Below, one piece after another: positions 25,043-36,386 of a stretch of DNA of 64,000 nucleotides (the first letter of the stretch is position 1; each line of letters starts with the position of its first letter). The stretch is from positions 1,116,382-1,180,381 of the forward strand of contig BFEA01000001.1 of the NCBI GenBank assembly GCA_003427395.1, written 5' to 3'. The DNA comes from Chara braunii. Lineage: Eukaryota > Plantae > Charophyceae. Position numbers and translations under genes: made by a program. The notes beneath the pieces were generated by a model. The model was not told the DNA's origin. It saw only the letters and a program-made list of their open reading frames with translations, and ran no database searches.

Positions 25043-28000
25043 TCACACACTCCTAATGGCTTTCTTACCCTTGCGCTTCCTCTCCCGTCTTAGCGTAGCC
25101 GATTCTAGGACCTTTTGCCTCTTTTTCTTTGTGTCCTTCCATTGGCTATTTCGGACCCCTAAGACCTTCTCCCACCTCCTTTTCGTGGATTTCTTAGAGG
25201 GTTCTCCTACTTCATAAGTGGACGACTCACGCTCCCTTGTGGTTTCTCCTGCAAGCTCTTCCAAGCGTTTCTCTAGCCGCTCGCTCTCCTTCTCCTTACC
25301 CTTTTCCAAATGCAGGGTAGCTCCTTTTCGATCCTTAAATATTTTCAAGCGGGCTCCAGACACCGGCTCTTTCCACCTAGTTCCGTCTACTTCCTCAAGC
25401 AGGTAGGCCCCGCCTTCCAGTATCTTTACCACCCGGTAAGGCCCCATCCATCTGTTTGTCAGCTTCCCTGTCCATGTTCTCTCCAAAGCGGAATCATAGA
25501 GTAAGACTAGGCTTCTCGCACGTATTCCTTCCTGCCTGACTCGGAGGTTTTTATCCCACCTTTCCTTCTCCTTCCCCCTCTAGGCTTTTAGCTTCTCTAT
25601 GGCATCCAGGGTGCTATCCTCGAGGGTCTCAACTATTTGCTTAATCCTAGCGCCCAATAGCTGCTCCCTAGTCGACACTTCTTCCCAATCAATCTTCGTC
25701 CAAGAATCCATATGAAATTTTATGGGTAAGGGACAATGTCTACCGAACCATAAAGTATACGGCGGATACCCAATGGTTGATCGAACTGTAACATTGTCTG
25801 CCCAGACGGCGTATCTCAAATACGTCGGCCACTTCTTCTCCCTCCCCCTGCACCACTTAACGAGCGCGTTTACTAGAGACTGATGCCCCCTCTCTACAGG
25901 AGCATTAGCTTGAGGGTGGTATGCCGTGGATAACGATACTCGGATTCCTACTCTCTGGAGCAAATCCTGGACTTCCTTAGCCATGAACTTCGACCCTCTA
26001 TCCATAACGATCTTCCCGACACACTCGTACCGGGTGATATACTCGGGCAAATATTCATTGACGACTTTCCCAGTCTTCTGACGTAACGCCCATGCTTCCA
26101 CAAAGCCCGTCAGGTCATCCCGAAATCCATGATGTAATTCATTCCTCCCTCTCCCTTGGGCATTTTGACCAAATCGACGTGAACTTTTTGTCCTACCGCT
26201 GTCGGATATGAAGGGACCAACGACTCTTTATACTTAACCACAACCCTCTTCTGACACTCTACGCACGTCTGGCAATAGGACTCCACGTCTCTATATAGGC
26301 CGTCCCACCAGTAGAGGTTCCTAACCTTTTCAAAAGTCCCCTTCACTCCTCTATGCCCTCCAACGATACCGTCGTGAACTTCTGCTATTATTTCTTGTCG
26401 CTCACCCTCATCGCAGACAACCCTCGTCGGCATGTTGTGCTTAGGTGGTCTCTTAAAGAGGTGTCCCGCCCTGAGGCAATATTGTTGAGCCTCCTTCCTA
26501 AGCTTGTCATCTACCTCCACTTCGCCTATGCGATACCGCCCTATGCGATGGTACTTACCGGTGTAAAGATTCTCTAGGAACAGAGAATCCCCACTGGTAA
26601 TAGGTTTCATCTTTAATGAACCTATCCCCATTTGTAAGAACTTGTCAACTCCTCCAAGCGACCCCAGGTTTCCATCTTCTAGGGGAATTCGCGATAAGCC
26701 ATTTGCGACTGAATTCTTGACCCCGGATATTCGTTCCACTACATAATCAAACATCCTTATGTGCATAAGCCACTTGGTAATCGTGGGGTCCGTCAACGAG
26801 AAATCTTTTTGTAACACAGCCGCCACCGCCGTTGGGTCGACCCGTAGTACGGACCCTCGTCCGTAAATATAATGTCGAAAGACATTCAAACAATGCAACA
26901 CCCCAAGGACTTCTTTCTCAAGTTGCGAATAGTTCCTTTCGGTGGTGTTCAGGGTTTTACTCTCAAATCTGAGAGGCCTTTCCTTACCATCGGAGTCCTT
27001 CTGAACCAAGACTCCGCCAACGGAGGCAGGCCCTGCGTCCGTACATACCACAAACAGTCGCTTCTCCTCATCCTCGAAATAAGGGACTCCTAAGACCTGT
27101 CCTCCTTCCTTAAACTCTTCTTTCAATATTCTTACTGCACCTTCCTGTTCACCAGTCCATTTTCATTCCACCCCTTTCCACACCAATCTCCTAAGGGGTT
27201 CTGCCTTCTCAACATACCCCTTTATGAAATTCTTCCAAAACCCGACCACTCCCCGGAACTGACGTATGTCGGTGATATTTCGGAGCGGGGTGGGCCAGTT
27301 CATAAGTTTTTCTAGCTTCGCAGGGTCCGGTCGCCTGCCATTTCTATCACAGATATATCCCAAGATCTTAATGGGAGATACTGACCATCTACTTTTAGTT
27401 CCACTCACTGTGAGATTAGTGTCCTCTAGTTTTACTAGCACCCTCTTAATGTCTTCGGCGTGAGTTGCGACGAATTTCCTCACTCCAGGCATCACTTCCG
27501 TCTCATCCATCTCAAGCGGTCCTTTGATTGGGAAGTCATCCAGGAAAACTTCCACCAAATTTGGTATAAGCTCTCCCAGATCTGCCACCATTGCTCTTTG
27601 AAAAACAGCGACGCCATTAGTCCATCTCATCGGTATCACCATCATCTGGATTAATCCTAACGGGGTGTGCATTGCCGTCAGGTGCCGGTCTCTATAGTCT
27701 AGTGGAATCTCGTCGTAGCCCGAGAAAAGGTCGTAGACCGAGTAAATCGAACGCCCGGCTGACCCTTCAGATAGGAGACCCCCATTCGGAATAGACCCAA
27801 CGTCTCTAACCGTGACCTTATTTGTCTTCTGTAGGTCTTGTATCCACCGCCGTTTCTCGTTTGACTTCCGTATGAAGAACCACCTATTTGCATAGACGCT
27901 TTCACATGGCTCTGCTACGAACGTCCTGATTTTCTCTTTCACACTATCATCTTTTTTTTTTGGGGGGGCACACTTCCATCTCGCGTCATTCCACGGAACG

Positions 28001-30965
28001 TGTGGAACCGTATAGATCCTTGAGGGTTTAGCATATCGCGGGTCTATTCGTCCTCTTTCCGCGTCGCAGAAGGCTACCGCCTTATCGCATGCTCGTAATG
28101 TCTCTATTATGAGCTCTCTCTTCTCCTTGGTTATATTCATGTCGCCTATATGCATCCCTTTCAACCTGTCTTTTGTAATTCTCTGCCCTTCAGCGGCCTT
28201 TCGTTCTCTGATCATCTGAGTAATTTCCTCCTCAGTGATCCCTATCTCTCCGGTCCTATCACGGCTGACCGCGGTTGGTTCACCTTTTTGGGCTACAGTT
28301 TTGTATCTCTTTCCCCCACCGTGTGAGGGAATTCCTCCAAAAAAAACAGGTTCATACACTCTCCGAACTCGTCATCATCACTCTCTTTCGAGTAAGCTAT
28401 CCCATCTATAACATACTTGTTCTCAAGTTCTTCCACTTCAATCTTTCTTCCCTTCAACCTATGAGGCCCTAGAGCGAGTTCTTCGGGAATCATCTGGCAA
28501 CTCCTTGTCATTAGCTGCCCTCTATTCTGTAAGGACACCTTATGACGCTTGTCAAATCCGTGCACAGTCTTCAGGGTAACCCTGATTCCTTCTAGTCCGT
28601 CTATGGTGACTGTCTAACTCCCATCACGCTTGTTCTCGGTGGTGGCGTTGACACGGGTCAGCCACGTTCTCCCAAGGATTAGCTCTGAAGATCAATGTTC
28701 CACCGTGAAGACCGGCACGGTGGCTTCAACTCCAGCAACCTCGACCTTGGCCTTATGACACACCCCAAGCACGGGCTGCTTTAGCTTGTTAGCGGACACC
28801 ATGGTCATAGCTACGCTTCTGTCTACGTCGAGGCCAAGTTTCCTTGATACCTTATCCTCGCAGACGGTAGACTCGGATCCGTCATCCACTATAGCCTCCA
28901 TCCTTACCCCATTTACAGTGGCGTTGAACTTTCCACTACCAAGGACGTAAAAGTAGTCGCCCTTGCCTCCTACAACTTTTGTCTGCTCTTGCTCTCCCTT
29001 CTCCGCCACCAAGACAGAGGTTTTCGTCTCTGCTTTAGGTTCTCCAGAAGTTGCCGTCTCGGTCAACGGCACCTTAGCTTTCTTCATCATCACGATCAGT
29101 TCATCCCTCACCGGTCCACAGTCGGCTATGAATTCCTTGAGCGTAATAGGAATGGGCATATCCATTGCCCTCCTCAACGGCTCCCTCAAATCAACCTCGT
29201 CCAACGAGTTTCTGAGCTGGAATTTCTTGGCCGCTCTCTTCCTAGGGGACTGAGGAGACTTCGGCGACTCCACTTGCTCATCTATCATTGGTTGATCCTG
29301 GTCTTCTTTCTTCCCACTGCCTGACCCGCCGACGCCTTGGGCGCATATATAGGTTTCGCCATCACTCATTGTATCTACAAACTTAATGGAGGAAACTCTC
29401 ATTCCTGAACTCTCTGGCGGTTCTTCTATCTCGTCCTCAAAGGTCACTCGTGAAGTCTTTGCCATCGTCGCTCCTGCGCTTGTTTTCCCTTTGCTTCATT
29501 CATCCTCCTCCTCCGGATATCCACATTTATCTTCATCGAAGGTAGGAAGGGTACAGGTTTCCCCTCATCTGCCCACATTACATATTTTCTATCATCCAAT
29601 TCAATGATACCCTCTTTCGATGCGTCTAACATGGCCTGACAATCTCTTTTCCGGTGGTCCTCATCTCCACAGTACATGCAAGCCTTATCATACCAGGTCC
29701 GTCTTGGACTAGGGTCTCCCTTCTTCTGGCCCTCTGGCCGTGGAGCAGCCCGTACAGGGGGTTCCTCCTTCCTTTGACTATGATTTTGCAATTTTTCTAC
29801 TGTCGCCTTTAAGACTTCTATTTCCTTTCCCATGTCCTCCTCACGTCTTTCTGGCCTCCTAGCCTCCACCTCATCTTTCGGCTTCCACCTGCTATCCTTA
29901 GCGTTAGCCCACTTGGACGTTCCCCACTCTCCATCGCTTCTTTTCCAATCACTTCGTTTTCCCTTCCTCCATTCACTCTCACTTCTGGCAAATTCCCCTC
30001 TTCCAGGCGAACTCGTATTAGTGTCCTTTCCTTCGACTTTGGGTCTCCTGTCGTTCCCGTAGTCACTCCCTTTCCTAGGTTATCGAGGACTTTCATGATA
30101 TGCACTTTGCACTTTGCCCTTCCGTATCATGAGCCAAGGCCCTTACTTGGGCAAACGTCACGCCCTGAGAGGGAAGATCCCTCACAATCATCTCTAGCTT
30201 CTCTCGTGGTAGAGAACCTAGGAATATTCCACATCTGTCTGGTTCCCCTATGAATCCTCCCTCCACCAGCAGGTTCGAGGCCTTCTCGTATCTCCTCACA
30301 AACGCTACCAGACTTTCGTCCTCCTTTTTTTTCATCTCTTTCAGGTCCTCTATCGAGTAGGAGACTTCATCATAAGCGAAGATCCTAGTAACCCTCTCCC
30401 TGAACGTCAGCTAACGACCATTGTCTAAAATGGCGTCCCTTACTTCTCGATTTATCTTTGGTGTAGTATGGTGGAGGAAATTTGCGATCATTTCTTGATC
30501 AGTCCATTCTCCTCTCATTCCAATAACCTCCCAATCATCCAGAAACTCAGAAACGTTCTTCCCTGTGAAGGTTGTCTGGACGCTGGTCAATGCTGGGGAC
30601 GAGTACATCTGAGGCCCAAAGAACGGAGACACATAGGAGCCTGGCCCGTAAGCCATGGAGTAAGGGCTCCTTCTACAAGGCTCACCAGGGCTCTCCCTCC
30701 AAGGCTCCCTCACTCCGGTATTCGTGAACCTCGACATTCTGGTTCTATTCAAGACGTCTTTCCTCCAGCCTTCGCCCTTGGAGCTTCGCCCTTCAAGTTC
30801 TTTGGCGCGATTCTCCAATTCTCTTAAGGCTCTTCTTAGTTTCTCTGCGTCACTAGCAACATCCATACCCATTTTCCTGTTTGGGCTACTCGTCCTTGAC
30901 TCTTGTGTTTTTACGTCTCCCCCTATCGAAGTCAAATAAGTCCCTTCAGCATCCATCTCTCCCAA
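25043..30965 (-). pseudogene. gag-pol of the 18 kb element (frameshifted)
   Basis: FTGKNVSEFLDDWE gag, CMYCGDEDHRKRDC zinc knuckle, IVDDGSE protease, DLFSGY and FLDD RT, TDAG/YSQLEKE RNase H, H-H-C-C, MDRGS/AYHPQANAPVER integrase, WMGPY. No chromodomain; basic C-terminal tail. Confidence 0.95.
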
Positions 30966-33847
30966 CTAACTTTCGGATACTCGGCTCACGGCAATTAAGA
31001 TTCTCTTGATCGAGCCCTCCAGTATCTCTTGTAAAGCCTCGAAGTCGGCGTCTTCCCCTTCAGCTCTAACAACTAAAGCAGTGGTCAGTACAACTTTTGA
31101 ATAGCGCGAGTTAGCCTCCAAGGTTCTTAATGAGACTCCGTCCACTATGTCGTTGGAAAGCTCTTTGGGCTCCCCAGCGTCTTCCTTTAATCTTATTCTT
31201 GCCTCAGCTATGGTCTTTCTCCATTCCCTGTAAAACGGTTCCCCTTCAAACGGTATCGTGTGAATCTCAATTTTCGCCAGTCGAAGTTCGCCGGCCGCTT
31301 TCCAAATAGCACATATCCTAGCTTCTCTAACAGCCTTCCTAGCGGACTCCGCCTCCTCCTCCTGGTTCAACCTTTCGTCATGTATCACTTCTACTCTCGC
31401 TCGCACCAAGGACCCCTCTATCTTCGCACCCCCTATGAGCTGATATTTTCCGGCCACCCCTCTGGTACTAGCCATTCCTTCTCTCTCTAGTTTCTCTACG
31501 GATCTCTCTTATTCTCCTCACCAGAAACTCTTCCCTCTAGTTTATTATTTTCTCCCTTTCTTCTTTGTAGATCAGAGCCAATCCCTCTACCCTCTCCTCA
31601 AGCGCAAGGAGCTCCTGCTCATTGGTAGAGTCGCACGACTACTTGTAGCCATCAACTAACTCCACTACTTTATCGTTTATTGGATCTAAGTAAATCTCAA
31701 CAAGCGAATTAACCTTTTCGTCGCTTCCTCTCACGCGCGGGATCGTGCCTCTTGGACTGTCTCGTCTTTCTCTACTTCGTGTTTCAGCCATCCCTGCGAC
31801 CAAATCATGACATCATAAGTTATCCGCCTTTCAGTCACCACTAACATCAGGAGTCTTGACCGTTCCCGATCTATCATTTCTTCAGCTAGGCGCCTACAAC
31901 TTCGTTCATCAAGAGACCTTGTTGACCTTATCTGGATAACCGACGTTACCCTTCTGGCGAAGGACACCCTATTCACTTCCTCCTCCTCGGTCACCGCTCC
32001 CGGCATTGCTCCTTGTCTCGGTCTTAGTCTCAGCAGTGTCACTGCTCGTGTCAGTCTCAGCCTCAGCGGTGCTGCCGTCCATCAACCGGTTGTCTTTAAT
32101 TCTCCATACAAAATCTATTATTGCTTCCCATCCATTTCTCTGGAGCGATGTCAAGCTTGGCTGAGGTCTCGGCATTCCTACGAAAGGAACAACCTCCATG
32201 CTCCAAACGTGGGTCTCACCCTTCCTCTTCGATCTTCTTCTCTCTTCCAGAACAATGTCAACAGCTCGCTCCCAGCAACTCTCATATCGTCGTTCTCTAT
32301 ATCTAACCTTTGGAACGTAGATTCGAGTATCATACTCACCGAGGTCAAGAAAGTAGCACATTATCACGTAAAGACTATCGTGTTCTAAGTCAAGTTCCTT
32401 CAGAGCCACATACGGGAATGTTAGATAACGAATTTAAGGAGTCTATAAGCTGCCTGTTCTCCTCATCACTTAACCTGCCTGCTTCCCTACTCCGCGGAAA
32501 CCAAGGCCGGAAAGGAGGGATCCCACTCATCGGTTCTAATTCTCCACGGCCCTCAAGACACCTATCCTTCCTCTGCCGTCTCTAATCTCATGTTCACCCT
32601 CTACCCCAAATAGGCCCGTGTCAAGATAGTTGAAGATACAATTCACCTTCTCTTTCACTGAGGCAGGTGGCTCCTCTCCTTATTTCAACCCTTCTGGTTC
32701 TTAAACACGTTCTCCTTCAACAGACCGTGGTCCCCAATGTGCACAGATCTTCCTAAGTCCATGCCCTCAGAAGCCCGCATAGGTCCTCATATATTTTCCA
32801 GTCGAGACCTCGTTTTTGCACTTCGCGGATTATGTCCCCGCTTTCAGGTCTACCTCCTTTGGCCATTGGCAGCCCTATGGCGCAAGGCAAACTCAACTAC
32901 TACTTCTTGCCTTTCATCGTTCAATGCCTCACAGGGAACCGAAGGTTTCGGTAGTCGCTCAAAGGTCGTTATTTTCGTACTCCAGATGACGCACTTACCT
33001 ATCGAGCGTAATCTGTCTCTTTCATCTTCCACTAGCTCTTTTGCCCTTTCCCAACATCGGCCATAAACGAGGTCGACGTTCCCTTCTATTGGTAAGTAGA
33101 TCCTCACGTCCCGCACGCTCATCCCAAGAAACCGCACAGTCATCACATATAAGCGTATCTGTTCCCAACCGCTATCAACCGACTTGTACATTTTAACCTT
33201 TTATGGGATTGACTCTTTCCTTCCTAAGGAACTAAGTGTTGCACGAACAGTCTCAACCCTCTCTCTTGTCGGCCTGTTTCCAGAGAGGAACTTCTCTCTT
33301 CTAGCTTCCAATTCTTCACTCGAGATCCATCCCTCTTTACTCATCACTTACCTTCCCCAGCATCTCGCTCTGAGTGCCATGTGTATCAAAGGCTCCCAGT
33401 TACTCCCATCTAGGTAACTGTTAGGGATTGGTGGGCTAGGCACGTCGTCGTACTCTCTAGGCATTATATTCAAGTTAACTCTTTTCCCTTCTCTCTCTAG
33501 TTTGTTCTTGTAAGCATAGGCTATTGTTTCAGCCCAATTCCGACAACCCAGAGGGCACCTGTTAGCCTTCTTCCTCTTCGATTGTAGAACCCTATATCAT
33601 ATTCTTCTGTTTCCACAAACTTAACCACCAGCACATACACTTTCTCCTTCAGTTCTACGTTCACTATGGTAGTGTAGTGCTCGATCACATATGGAAAGGC
33701 CCCCCTTAGGGTTAAGGGAGTCCAGTCTCGTAGCAAGTCTTCTATAGTCGGGTCGCTGGAGGATGGCAACCCCCAGTTCACTCCATTCTCCCAGCTGACT
33801 TTGTCCGTCAAGAGCTCAATCATATCTGGACCCCTAGCCTTGGCCAC
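30966..33847 (-). other. Chain of short extra ORFs upstream of gag (30966-31475, 31731-32042, 31969-32409, 32850-33191, 33521-33847); function unknown
   Basis: All on the element's sense strand with protein-like composition. At least two share a Y..CWERA..V.[ED]ER.R...G...[VI]WS motif. Confidence 0.55.
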
Positions 33848-35523
33848 CGTCCTTTAGCATAGTCCTCTATCTCACCCGGATCCCTAAAATACTCCACTCT
33901 TTCCTCGATAAATCCCCGCGGATCCTCCCACAATTCGGGTTCCTCCCTTTGTTCCTCCCAGCCGGCCTCGTCCTCCTCGTCTCGCTCCTCCTCGTCCTTG
34001 AGGGCCCCTATCCTCCTACAATGCGAGTGCAACTCGAAGAACCCAATGAGCACCCTCTCCCTAACCGACGGGTCGTAATCCCTGGTCCAGTATAACTCCG
34101 CTATTCCTGCCAGATGGTTCAGCGGTTCCCGCAGGGCTCTATCAAGCGTGGACCAAAACTCGGTCAGCTGCTCCTGTGTCGGCGCCTCCCACGAGTCCCT
34201 AGGTGAGGCTGCCCTAATCAACTCCACTAGCTCCAGGGCCGCTTCACCGAACCTAGGCCCATCCTTCCACAGGGCGTAGTACGCGTGATGCTCGTCGCTA
34301 TTTCTTACGAGACCTTGAATCTCCAGAAAGGCCCAATGGACCCAAATTAGGCGGTCAAGGCCCCCTAGGAACCCCTCCAAGACAAAAATCGGAACAGGCA
34401 TCCTCAACGCCTCTTCAAGCTGCGGCTGGAACCCCTCTCTTGCTAGACGGAGAGAGGCCACTATAGACCTAAAATCCCTATCGCAACAGCGCTCCTTTCC
34501 CCGGAGCTTCTCCACCTCCTCCCATAGTATGTTCCGCGCCACTACTTCATCTGGCCAAGTGTATGAGTCGAGACTCGATATCACCCCCTGATTCGGATCC
34601 CAATGGCTTCGCTCTACTGCCCGAAAAAGTATGTCAGCTAAGACAGAGGTTCGGTAATACAGAAAGCCCCATACTTCCAGTTCCAACGAATCCTCTGTCA
34701 GCCTCCCCCTCCTATCTTGCTCAAATCCTACCAAGGGCGCAACCAACAGCCAAACCCCCGGCCTCAACAGGACAGACCTCCAATTCCTATTTATCCTCTT
34801 CTGGCCGCCCCGCCTGACCGCTCGTCCTGGTAGGGTGAATTCTACCCAATCTTCTCCAATAAAATCGGGTTCCCTATACTCGAATTGGCAGAGTATAGCG
34901 GCATGTCTTTGTTCCTCTTTGATACGAAAAACAATCCGCCGCAGCTCTATCCAGGCAGTAAGTAACCACCCGACCTCTGCAACAGTCGTCCTAAACTGAG
35001 TCGCCTTCCGGATCACGCCTACTAACCCCTGACGCCTACTCTCGTCACCAAAGATAACCCCTGTTAGGAATCTAGGCACGACCGCAACTCTCACAGACGA
35101 GGCCCTAAGGGGCTCCCATTCATAGGCGTATCTAACCGTGTATTTAGCTATAACGTCAGCTCCCGTCCCATCTGAAAACTCACAAAATATCCGAGCCCCG
35201 AACTTGCGCCCTAGAGATGCTAGACATAGAAGGGTGCGGCAATGCCTGGCGGTGTCAATTACCAAAAACTTCCACTCTCCTTCTGATAGGTACAACCTAA
35301 CATTGACCTCCGCCCGAAGTGGTTCTCTTTCCCTATCCCTCCTAACACAAGGCCTAGGCCCACACTCAACTCTCGCCCATATAAATATCCCGTCTCGCAC
35401 TATCAACCCTTGTTCCACAACCGGCCGATACTTGCTCGACCCTTCTAATGGCAAACTGATTACGTCGTTCTGCCCGTTCTCCTCTGCGAGATGCACTTGG
35501 TTCCCTGACTCAATATATACCAT
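33820..35523 (-). CDS. 567-aa hypothetical protein, extra ORF of the retrotransposon 5' of gag
   Basis: Longest uninterrupted ORF in the window, ATG start, non-repetitive, acidic C-terminal patch, no motif I recognise. Confidence 0.7.
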   Translation of the reverse strand: MVYIESGNQVHLAEENGQNDVISLPLEGSSKYRPVVEQGLIVRDGIFIWARVECGPRPCVRRDREREPLRAEVNVRLYLSEGEWKFLVIDTARHCRTLLCLASLGRKFGARIFCEFSDGTGADVIAKYTVRYAYEWEPLRASSVRVAVVPRFLTGVIFGDESRRQGLVGVIRKATQFRTTVAEVGWLLTAWIELRRIVFRIKEEQRHAAILCQFEYREPDFIGEDWVEFTLPGRAVRRGGQKRINRNWRSVLLRPGVWLLVAPLVGFEQDRRGRLTEDSLELEVWGFLYYRTSVLADILFRAVERSHWDPNQGVISSLDSYTWPDEVVARNILWEEVEKLRGKERCCDRDFRSIVASLRLAREGFQPQLEEALRMPVPIFVLEGFLGGLDRLIWVHWAFLEIQGLVRNSDEHHAYYALWKDGPRFGEAALELVELIRAASPRDSWEAPTQEQLTEFWSTLDRALREPLNHLAGIAELYWTRDYDPSVRERVLIGFFELHSHCRRIGALKDEEERDEEDEAGWEEQREEPELWEDPRGFIEERVEYFRDPGEIEDYAKGRWPRLGVQI

Positions 35524-36367
35524 ACCTAATTAACACACAACAGCCGCTCTCAACGTATCTTTTCCAGTGCCCATTCTCGGACTGTTGAGCTCACAGACCC
35601 CCACGACATGCCTCCACTGATCACCCCTGCATCCCCTCAAGACGTCAACAGACCTAGGGAAGAACCGCCCTCTGGCGTATCTCCCCCTACCCTCATGTCA
35701 AGAAGGAGGTTGGATCAATGTGCCATCATCGTTAGCCTACCTCCCACGCCGCTACCTGGACACGAGTTGGCCAACTCATGTGCCCTAGGGTGGACCGAAG
35801 TCACACGCAAACGAAGGGGCGGTGTCTCACTCGTGCATCCTCACTCTCCTATCCATGCCTCTACTCGGCCCACCTCAGGCATGGTCTCTCTCCCCGACTC
35901 GTGTTGTGGATCAATCCCCCCAACTATCCATCAGGATCAGCTAGCCTATCTAGTCCCGCCCAACTCCTTGCAGATCCGGGACGCTTCTCCCCTCCCCTTC
36001 AATCCCTTCAGTTCATCCCCTGCTTACAGTTTTCTCTCTTGGAGCTAGATCAGGGCGGACCGGCCAAAGGGTAGGGAAAAATCAGAATTACCCCTCTCGA
36101 TCACAAAGAAAAATAGGAAGAAAAATGCATGGAATCACGAAAATGCAAATCCGACAAATCATGAAATGCGGAAATCCAAAATGCAGAAATCCAATTCTCA
36201 CCCGGGAATGTCGATCATAGGTCGCCTGCCCGTCGTCCGTTCACTCGTGCTCACACCGCACCTGCACGTGCCAGGAAATGTCTGATATGAGCCTCAAGCA
36301 AAAGGTCCCCTGCTCCACCTCCTTGCCTCTGCAGTCACAAGCGGACCGAAGTCCCGAGAGGCAGCCT

Positions 36368-36385
36368 TCCCCGACAACGGCGCCA
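36368..36385 (-). promoter_or_regulatory. Primer-binding site, tRNA-Asp type
   Basis: TGGCGCCGTTGTCGGGGA one base after the 5' LTR; one mismatch from the Athila-type PBS TGGCGCCGTTGCCGGGGA. Confidence 0.85.
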
Positions 36386-36386
36386 C

